Shown here piece by piece: positions 53,531 through 64,000 of a DNA stretch of 64,000 nucleotides. The stretch lies in NCBI GenBank assembly GCA_964016885.1, contig OZ024746.1, positions 65,782,001 to 65,846,000 of the forward strand, written 5' to 3'. The DNA is from Eledone cirrhosa. Its lineage: Eukaryota. Under the pieces are notes generated by a model. It saw only the letters and a list, made by a program, of their open reading frames with translations, did no database searches and had not been told where the DNA came from. The position numbers were made by a program, and so were the translations under genes. Every line of letters begins with the position of its first letter. Position 1 is the stretch's first letter.

Positions 53531-56500
53531 AATATATATATATATATATATATATAAATATAAATATAGCCACATGATCCTGTTTTCAACAATATATACA
53601 CCGTACCCATGTTCGCTTATGTGAAACTGATACCATGTGCATATGTCTTTTGAAGGGTTTATATAGGTTATTTAGCTTGATACATAAATATTGATTGTAA
53701 GTGATATGTAACATTATAAACCTCATTTAGAAACTCTAACCAAAGTGTTACTGTAACATTTTCTTTTTAAATAAAACATTCCATGTGATGTAAATGAAAA
53801 CTATTTTTAGTTTGCAATAACATTTTCTCCGTAAATATGTATACATAGTATTGAATACAATATTGGCTTTCTCATTGGCTGTTTATTATAAGAAATTGTT
53901 CATTATTAGAACGTTGTTCAGATTAAAAAATTGCAATGGAAACCTTTTTTTATTCTTAGTTGCATTATTCATTGTATTTAACTCCTCTATCATTATTTTG
54001 TCGATATATTTCATAACGAATTTATTCCATGATGAAACTGTGTTCTTCATGGTAATTAAACGAAAATATAAAACATTAAAATTGAAGAGCAAATAACGTG
54101 GCTAATCAGGAAGGCGTCGATCTGCCACGTCTTGTAGCAGCAACGTCTTGTACTTAATGTGTGAGAGCACGCTCAGAAGTAATTAACACAAAATAGTAAG
54201 AGTGATACATTGCAATGCTTTTAAAAGCCTGACATACACTCACACGCGCATTACAATACTAATATTCATTTATTGAAATACTTCTAGCAGGCATACGCAT
54301 ACGCATAGACTCACTCACGCACACACGCATGCATACATACACTGGCGGAAAACGCTGGTGCACATGTAGAATTTAACACTATAGTGTACTTCTGCTATTA
54401 TACTGTTTAAATTAAACCAACTAATAATTAATAAGATTATTAACAATGTTAAATAGAGAGTTTCCTCCCAGCTACCTTGTATTTTCAGTAGTTCAAAGGA
54501 CTAAGAACATGCTCCCACATTAGACCTATAACCATATAATAGGTAGTGCAGGACATGAATTGTACAAAGTTAATAATATTAATCCCTAGATATTCAATCC
54601 AATGGAAGGGATAGTGAGTTAGGCTTAGAATAGCAATCTAAGGCCAAATGCTAATCTTCGTTTTGAGCTTAGTATAATGTAGAAATGATGTGAAGGCTTG
54701 CATTTCAGCAGAGACGTCTGCAAATGTGTTCGCGCGGGGGAAACGTGTTTTTTGTTTCTCAAGCATGATATCTGATACATCCTATGTAAGATATGATATT
54801 TGAAAAACAACAGACGTGCTGTCATTGATTGAGATCGAACTTTTCGCTTGTGGATTGTTAACAAATATTTATCATCTGAAAAAGAAAAATGTTGATATTC
54901 ATTATCTCTGTCCCAGTATAATCTTACACCAGCAACAGAATATTATAAATCATTAAGTTACTGTTTACTAATTTCGGTACTATATTACAATAATTACATT
55001 GCACTTTGTTGCTTCTGGTATTCCTTCATATGTAATCAATTCCAACAGCACCAGTATAGATTTATAATTTAGTACCCTATCCGAGCAAGTTAATCAAGCC
55101 AGTATACAGCGGTTATTACTAATTTTCCTAGCCGGTATAGGTTCAACGGAAATATGAGATTTTGGAACAAATAGAAACAACAACAAAATAAAAGCATGTA
55201 CACCACAATATATATTTTCTGAGAAACAAATCTAAGCAAATACAAGTTTTTGAGGAATTATTTGTTATAGAAAAAAAATCTGTAGATCATAGATTGCTTT
55301 TTATTAGTCTATACAACTATCTAGTGTATGTTTGAAATATATTTTAGTAGAACACAGAAAAGCACAAGTTATCATTGTTGTTCAATATTATTTACCCATT
55401 TAAAACAGTATTGCCTTTCAGAAAAAAAATGCCTGCTGTGAATATTCCAGACCCTAAGCAGCTACGTTCACCTACCAACTGAATGTCTTACAGTGATACA
55501 TGCAAGGCTTCCACCAAAAGAAAGCAACAGGGAGAAGGTGAGATGGGGAGATGGGAGGAGTGAATAGAGGGAAGGAAAGAAATATGGAGAAGCAGAATAA
55601 TAGGGGAGGGAGACAGATAGGTAGGATGTTGGATGGAAGAAAAGAGTGTGTTTTGTTAAAAACTGCCAAGCACTAGTTTAATAGATCTTGATATAGAGGT
55701 TTAGCTATGCCAATTGGATTAGCTACGTCGATATTAAATTACATGTCGAATTAATACACTCAAACACAAACGTACATGGGTGCATTGATTTGAAATAGTA
55801 TATATGTATATATGTATATTCTGATAGGAGATAATATGCAATTGACTGCATATTTATCGATATATTACTGGCACTTAAGCTATCAACCTTCCAATTGAAG
55901 AACAACAACGTTAACACAGAACGTAAATTAAATAATGATATGCAGCCATTATCACAATAATGACTGTGTTTATAATACAAAGGCAAAATCATCACCAGCA
56001 GTGATATCTATAGCATCATATTTCTGTGTAGCACAAACGTCTTCATTTTCAGAGAGATAAACAGTATTATGAATACCACATTATATCAATTGTTTTACTC
56101 TATATTCAAGATCCTCAAGACTTTTGGGAGGGATGAAAGAAAGGATTCCCAAGACGGCCATATTGGTGGATTGATTGCAACACCATAGGTACCTATATTT
56201 TGCTTTACCTTATAATGAATCTTCCTGCCCCACACCAACATTTAAACGGCCTATATTTCAGTGTTCTATTCCTCTATGCCACACATAAACTTATGGTTTT
56301 ATATAAGACAGAGAGTGAGAGCGACTGAGGAAGAGAGAGAGAGTTAGAGAGATGGGGGGAGCGAGAGTGAGAGAGAAAGAGCGAAAGAGAGAGGGACAGA
56401 GAAAGTGAGAGAAGTATGTGCGTACGTTTGTGTAGCTTTCGCGACATTTTTCGGTGAAATATTTCAACTATCTCTGAGAATCCTATAAACCTTATCTTTC

Positions 56501-57714
56501 GAATAAATCTACCATGCTGTCTTTGTCCTGCACGATTTTAACAAATGGTCTCCAGTTACTTTCACCATCGTAAATATAGTGTACGATTAATTGGTCCACT
56601 AGGCACCTGTAACCAACGGCCCTATTATTCACAAATTGCGGTGTAAAGTGTTATTTATAAATAAGATCATTCATCAGATTTTGCAGCTCCCTGTCACATT
56701 TTCAATGTTTATTTATATAGTTATAATATCATGAGTTGCAAGGCTATCAGAGGCAAACTTTACTATGCTAATATGATGCTTATAATACAGAGAAGCCATA
56801 TGCCGACATAAACGTAGCACAATACCATCAACAGTTTTAAACAACTATGTCCCTCTAATGATCAACAGACTTAGAAAGCAAACACACAGGACGGTGCCTA
56901 CCGACATCATCACCAGTAAGAAAAGCATATTTTATCACATCATCATCCTCAGCATCACCCCCTTCGATATCATCATCATGGCCATTTTGAATATTGAGGC
57001 ACACCTATCCTTTCATTTAATGATGATAATGTTAAATATGTTTCTTAATCCTAATTATTAACAGCACCTCTACCAAAATAGTATTCGTAATTAGCAATAA
57101 GATTTGTAGTAGTATTATCATAAACATTATCATCATCATTAACATCAACATGTTTTTCGTCAACATCTCCATCATCATCATCATCATTATCATCATGATG
57201 TACACCACGACTATTAATTATAAAGATTAATAGTATAACTGCAAGAGCAACAAACATCAGCAACTACATCACAATGTTTATTCTGATGACGTACGTTGAT
57301 GGATAATTAGGTGATTGCTCACTGGTTATCAACAGGCTGCTAACTGTCAACAATATTGAGCAATAGGTGTGAAGATAAACAAATTAGAATGTTGCAGAAT
57401 GCGATAAGCAACGTAGAACGGCAACAACAACATCAATATCATGTGCAACATGGGCGCCTTCACCCTCATCAGTACAAAACCAGAAAGTAAAACAAAAAAC
57501 AAAACATCAATACTGTAACCACATCCATATCACCATTATTACCATTATCACAAACCACGTCCACCACCAATATCAACTGGTCTTAAATAAGCGCTACGAA
57601 AATAGAGTTTTGTTAGAAGATAAACAACTCAATTCTTCCTTCATTCCTGTAGCTGCCATTGTCAGCATTTTTACACTAACCAATATCACAACAGTAAACA
57701 CACACATGCGCACG

Positions 57715-57790
<76 letters not shown>

Positions 57791-57866
57791 TGTCTGTGTG
57801 TATATGTTTGTGTGTTTCTGGAAATTTATCAGTATGTACATATATATGTATATATGTACATATGTA

Positions 57867-57984
<118 letters not shown>

Positions 57985-60093
57985 TATGTACATATATATA
58001 TATATATATATATATAGATATATATGTACATATGTACATATATACATATATATGTACATACTGATAAATTTCCAGAAACACACAAACACATACACACAAA
58101 CACGCATATTTGCAAAGTGTATATATATATATATATATATATATACACTTTGCAAATAGCATCAGTAGAAATACCATTACCAGCAGCAACACCATTACGA
58201 ATATCATTAATATCCCAACTACTACCGCAAACAATATAACTACCACACGATATTATCTTTAGTAACAGCTTCACTGCACAACGATCTACACAAGTATAAC
58301 CAATACAAAAAATCACACCGAACAAACACCAATGTTTTATATAGTTAGTCAGACCTCTGAATGTCAGTACTGATTATATGTCTAATACAGTGCAACAACT
58401 AGACGCACATATTCTGGATCATATCCAAAAAACTATCATTCCGCTGATAGCCAAATCTCATTTGCAAATCCCTGAAAGCCAATGATTTTCAGATGCATTT
58501 TGCCCTATGTATCTTCAACTGCGACTATAACAGTATTGTTATCTGCTGAAATTGCCAATTACATTCCTCACGACTACCAGTCTTCAATTCTTTCGTCAGT
58601 CGTTATGTTTCACAGCCACACATTCCTATTAAAATACTATAACAACATGCGCTGCATAACAGAATATATAGCGATTTCAATATGTCTTTTTATTTTTAAA
58701 ATCACTTGATACCAACATTAAGACGTTGACTTATGAACAGAATCTCAGCCCCAGTCTATATATAACTAGCTCGTACAAATCTAGGATATTTTCTACCTGC
58801 GTTATAATTTCTATTGTGCACATAGTAAGGACTAAATATACATACATAGATACATGCATACATACATGCATACACACATACATACAAAGATATATATGTA
58901 TGCGCTGCAGATATATACACACACACATACATACAAAGATATATATGTATGCGTGCAGATATACACACATACACATGGAGTGTGTGGCTTATTATTTCAT
59001 TAGTATTTGTTTTGAATGTGTATTTCTTACATCTACGAAACCAAACATAATGCGAGATTACGTCAATACTTAATCTAAATGTTTAATACTATAAAATAAT
59101 TATTACATTATATGGGCAAAGGATGCGAGTCATAGTTGGGTCTTCAATAGTTTCATGCTTCATTGAATTAGATGGGTTTACAAATATACATATACATCAG
59201 AAATCAAAAGTAGAATGTGAGAAGTTTTAAGCATTGCGAGATTAGTATTCTCAATAATCATATTAATGTTTGTGGCTGTGTGTCACAAAGGATTTTGAAT
59301 TTCGCAAAACAGAGTTAATCGTAACGGGACTAAATATCAAGGGTACAGCATGTAGTTATTTTGTAGCTATAGCAAGAAGCGTCTAAATACCTCTATGATA
59401 CATTACGACTTATCATTCTGCGTACATCTCTCCTGTCCCATTTACGACAGCTTACTTTGCACAAGTACATTCCACTCTAGCCAATGACAGAACACAATCT
59501 ATCGTACTCGCTCCACGTCAGTAAAGCGGTTGGTGTTAGGAGTAATCATCCAACCGTATAAAACATGGACCTGATACACTCTAGAACATGCAGGAATTTA
59601 TGGAAGCAAGATGCGTTCCGGTTCGTTTGTGAGGCTGCTGACTCAGAAGGAGTACTGATTTCATCTGAGAGTCCCTTGCTAGAAGGAACAATTATGATTA
59701 TATATACATATGTACACCCCCCCCCACACACACGCACGCACGCACGCGCGCGCACACACACACACATATATATATATATAGAAATATTTAATTCTGCGTT
59801 CACAGATTGATTTTTTTAGTTTCAGAAGATCCCGTTAAGGGTGATAGCAGCGATTATTTGCTTAAACTTTAATCTGTTATTTTAATAAATATATATATAC
59901 ACACACATACATATGCATATATATATATATATATATATGTGTGTGTAGCGTCTGTGTATGTGTGTGTGTTTTCACACAATCACACAGTTTCAAGAGAAAT
60001 AGAGAAATAAAAGAAGGAATAGCAGAAATACAAACCGAAATAGGTTTCGTTTATACATTAAGCTTGCAAAATTATCTTATAATCGTTACTGAC

Positions 60094-60203
60094 CTGTTAT
60101 AGAGTACAATATCCGGTAACCATATTTTCTCACATGGTATGCGGACTTTCTCCAAACCATTGTAATCTTCTGGTTTCCATCTTAATCGCTCATCATTCCA
60201 TTC
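60094..60203 (-). CDS. Nicotinic acetylcholine receptor alpha subunit, internal 110-bp exon (ligand-binding domain, loop A)
   Basis: Encodes [36 protein letters not shown], with the WxPDIVLYN Cys-loop receptor motif. Flanked by ttttcag| acceptor and |gtcagt donor. Ends in phase 2 (AG), which joins the T of the next exon to give Ser. Confidence 0.95.
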
Positions 60204-62596
60204 CTGAAAATAACAGTGAAAATACAATGAATTAGTCGTACTAAATTCATTTAATAAATGTAACAAAATTATGAATAGATGTTATGCTCGGATTAATTTT
60301 GATGTGGATTTTCTTTTTCATCTAGCTTGTGACATCGGACATTCATTTTCTCTTCTGCCTACAATTACCTACAGGTTTGGATAAATGTATTCCTAATAGG
60401 AGTGAAGCCTTAGGCTAAATCGATTAATGTTTAAAATTATTTAACTATCATTTATCACGGAAACGGTGAGAGAAAGCAGACAAAATTACAGAAAAATATA
60501 AAACACTAACGGTAATTCAGACTCGATTTCGCCGGGCAGAGCTTAGTCTTTTATCCCTCCACAGAAAAGCAACTAAATATCAATAATGCATACAGGGTCA
60601 ATCCTTCTTGCCAACACATGAACTTAGTTCGACTGCAATAGCAAGTGATCGCAATTCTCCCCCACTCATTGCAACTTTCATTAACAGTTATAGTCCCACA
60701 GACAACTAATTAACCCAACCCGGCCACCGGAGAAATCTGTATCCAAAGGTGGAATGAAAGTTTAAAAAAGCTACAACAATGCATCTCGTCCGTCCGACGG
60801 TTTATCAATTCCAACAACAAACTGCTATGAACCTGTACTTTATTTTGTCATCCCTGAAAAATAAATTTGGCCTCTGGCTGATTTGATCTCAGAATAGAGA
60901 GAGCCTCCAATTCACCTGCTCTTGTCCTGTTAGAAATGACAAAATGTATGAAATACCTAATCAAAGTGTAAAACTGCTACTGTTTATACAATTACTGAAT
61001 GTATATGTATATAAATATAATTTTATATATAGGGATTATTATAGAATAAATCTTTCGTTACCAATCAGTATACATGTTCTGCTAGAAATTTCTACAAAGA
61101 ATATTTTGAATAATTGTAAAATAAAGTTTTTCACGAATACATTGATTTGTAAATGTTATTTCGTAAATCATTCTAAATTTAAATGTTATTTAGTTGATTT
61201 CCTACAAATAAAATGCCAGGAAGAAAATTTAAATTTTATATTATATTTATTTTTAGGTGCCTCATTAAAGAAAATATCTAAAATGTAATTCTAATTCGGC
61301 AAAACACAACACCATGGAAAAGCAAACACAAATTCAGACATGCATAATCTCAAATTAAAGATAACGCATTCTATAATTTACATATTCTTGATCTTTGAAT
61401 CTAATCATTTGATCTCTCAGTTAATAACACATCGATGTAAAAGTATGATCAACATTTTCAGTTGAAGACTAGTATGAACGAGAAAATATTTATAACGTAC
61501 TTTTATTGAAGGAAGAAAAGATTAATTTTCCCATATTTAAATCATAATTATTATGCAACATGTTTTGGAAGTTGGATGGGCAGATTATATCCAGCAAAAA
61601 TACAGAGAGAAAACATTTTGATAAATAATATGAATATTCAAGATATAATCTGCAGTTGATGTCCATGTTGGGTTATGATGATAATATTTTGTTCATAACA
61701 TGTCTGCAAAATTGCATGTAGTACTATTGTAACTATCAATGCAGTATTTCATCCCCTTATCATCTACGAACATATTTTTTATAATAAACAGCCATGTTCA
61801 ACTCCGAAATATTAATATAAGGATTAGAGTAAATTTCTCAAGGAAAATAATCCGTTATAGTTTTCTTGAACAAAGCATCGTTATATACGTAATTGCCTAA
61901 CAAAATTCTATACTGAATTCCAAACCGAACTTAACTCATATTGTCCGGAAAAAAATGTAAGGAGGATATCACACGAAGGAAACATTCTCATATTAATAAA
62001 CGAACATCCATTGAATTTTAGGACATTTATATGAATATGAATATCAGCCATGCTAACATTAATATATTATAGGAACTTGCAATGATATTATCAGTAAAAC
62101 GTGATAAGATCAGTATTTATTAGATTAGGAAAGAATTTCGTAATACTTTCATTTTAGAATATTAAGCAATTTATAATTAAATCGTGAATTATCTTTGCTA
62201 ACACTTCGTGAAAGCAGAGGTGCATACACGTAGCTACTTATGCATATACAGTCTCATGCTCAGACCCACATGGATCTATACGTACATATTCACCCGTGGA
62301 GTGTTTGCGCCAGTGTATGTATGTGTGCATAAGTATCTCTGTGTATATATATAATCTAGTAGGACAAATAATTGTAAATGCAAAAAAGATTTATTGATTT
62401 TTAGCTAAATATGGATCCAACAAAATCATGCTATTCTATAGAAAAGAAAATTATAATTGCTCTTCTTCAAAAATTCTTTTGTGAAATACAGACTGAATAT
62501 TTTAATATAACATTCGCAACAAACCACGATCCGTAATTCTGGAATCATGGTATATATTGCATAATGTGACGCCCCCAATCATCAGATTCTATAAAC

Positions 62597-62667
<71 letters not shown>

Positions 62668-62671
<4 letters not shown>

Positions 62672-63356
62672 AAATGGAGTGAAAGCAAGCATGGTGGGGG
62701 GTCGTTTTCCTCATCAGTTGTCTACGTGGGGTCTCGGATATTTCTACGCTTTAAAGACGAGATATCCACCACCCAGGGCGTCAATAACTGGGTAAGTTAT
62801 TGGGAAAACGGAGGAGGGAGGGAAGGAAAACAAAAGGGAAGAAAAGAGAAAACAGTGAAAAAACACTGAAAAACACAACAAACCAAGCAATGTGCGAGCA
62901 ACTTAAGGTAAGAAAATCCAAGACCACACGATAACAGAACTTAAGTTCAAGACTGAGTGGTCAATAGAGAAAAGAAACACCTCTGAACCCCCTCGCTGAC
63001 CCTCTAGTAGTTCTTTTCTCACAACTGCTGGGATCAGACATGTGTCTTTTTTCTCTCGACCACTTAGTCATAAACTTAAGTTCTCTTATCATGTGGTCTT
63101 GGATTTTCTTACCTTAAGTTGCTCGCATATTTCTCGGTTTGTTGTGTTTTTCGCTGTTTTTTCACTGTTTTCTCTTCTCTTCCCCTTTATTTTTCTGCGC
63201 TCCCTCCGTTTTCTCAATAACCTGTCCAGTTATTGACGCCCTGGGCGGTAGATATCTTGTCTTTAAAGCGTAGGAATATCCCAGATACCCAGCAGACACC
63301 TGAGGAGGAAACTCCACCCCGTTCTTGCTTTCTTCTTATTCCCACTCCATTTTAAG
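62668..63356. mobile_element. Long diverged palindromic (TA)n-flanked element with the pseudoknotted motif in each arm
   Basis: Arms at about 62682-62979 and 63042-63331. Motifs at 62703-62810 (-) and 63207-63312 (+). Confidence 0.8.
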
Positions 63357-63602
63357 ATATATATATATATATATATATATATAAGCAAAGGGATATCTAA
63401 TTTGTTGGTAATTCAACAAATATATATATTTATAACAGATTGGAAGGTTTTCTGGAATATAATATCAATGATATTAATAATAATAATAAATGGAGACTAT
63501 ATTTATTCTATTATATATATTTCAAGGGTATATCCAGGTGAAACTTGAACTGTTAAGGTCTCACTCCTGGATAAACCAAACTTTGTATAAACCAAACTTT
63601 GT

Positions 63603-63660
63603 ATTTTATCTGATGAGAGCGAACCACGTGTTCGTACCCTTGAAATATATATAATAGAAT
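63603..63660 (+). ncRNA. Type I hammerhead ribozyme motif
   Basis: ATTTTAT-CTGATGA-GAGCGAACCACGTGTTCGTACCCTT-GAAAT-ATAT-ATA-ATAGAAT, inside the inverted repeat 63484-63530 / 63635-63681. Confidence 0.78.
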
Positions 63661-63683
63661 AAATATAGTCTCCATTTATTAAT

Positions 63684-63867
63684 TGTTTCTACTTTAGGCA
63701 CAAGGCCAGCAAATACCCAGTGCATTACTGGTACTTTATTTTATCGACCCCGTAAGGATGAAAGGCAAAGTCAACCTCGGCGGGATTTGAACTCAGATCG
63801 TAAAGGGACGTAACTATGTTGGAAAGCATGGCGTCCGACTCTCTACCGATACTGCCAATCCACCGCC
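63684..63867 (-). mobile_element. Full-length SINE with perfect 19-bp TSD, inserted into a hammerhead element
   Basis: ATAGTCTCCATTTATTAAT at 63665-63683 and 63868-63886. Confidence 0.93.
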
Positions 63868-63940
63868 ATAGTCTCCATTTATTAATATAATATATATATA
63901 TATATTATATATAATATATATATATATATTATATATATAT

Positions 63941-63971
<31 letters not shown>

Positions 63972-64000
63972 ATATATATATATTATATATAATATATATA

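Noticed and set aside
60300-60330. Possible upstream nAChR mini-exon (minus strand reads DEKEN)
   Set aside because: No in-phase acceptor and no following Q-L-TN-W motif; the true upstream exons appear to lie outside the window.

Overview
AT-rich, microsatellite-dense eukaryotic DNA, most likely an octopus (inferred from the dominant tRNA-derived SINE and the repeat landscape). The only gene is on the minus strand: the last three coding exons (60094-60203, 17808-18343, 572-1134) of a cation-type nicotinic acetylcholine receptor alpha subunit, separated by introns of 41,750 and 16,673 bp. The 5' exons lie beyond the window. The introns carry many SINE copies, decayed non-LTR retrotransposon pieces and more than a dozen short elements sitting between (TA)n tracts. 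Most of those short elements are asymmetric palindromes, several with complete type I hammerhead ribozyme folds, consistent with Penelope-like element (PLE) termini. The most unusual observation is a ~105-nt motif present six times in four diverged (TA)n-flanked elements. It has near-fixed spacing and five helices supported by compensatory changes, and it holds the hammerhead core nucleotides (NUH, GAAA, CUGANGA) in a pseudoknotted order that is not a circular permutation of hammerhead types I-III. All alignments and folds were made by eye; repeat boundaries are approximate.
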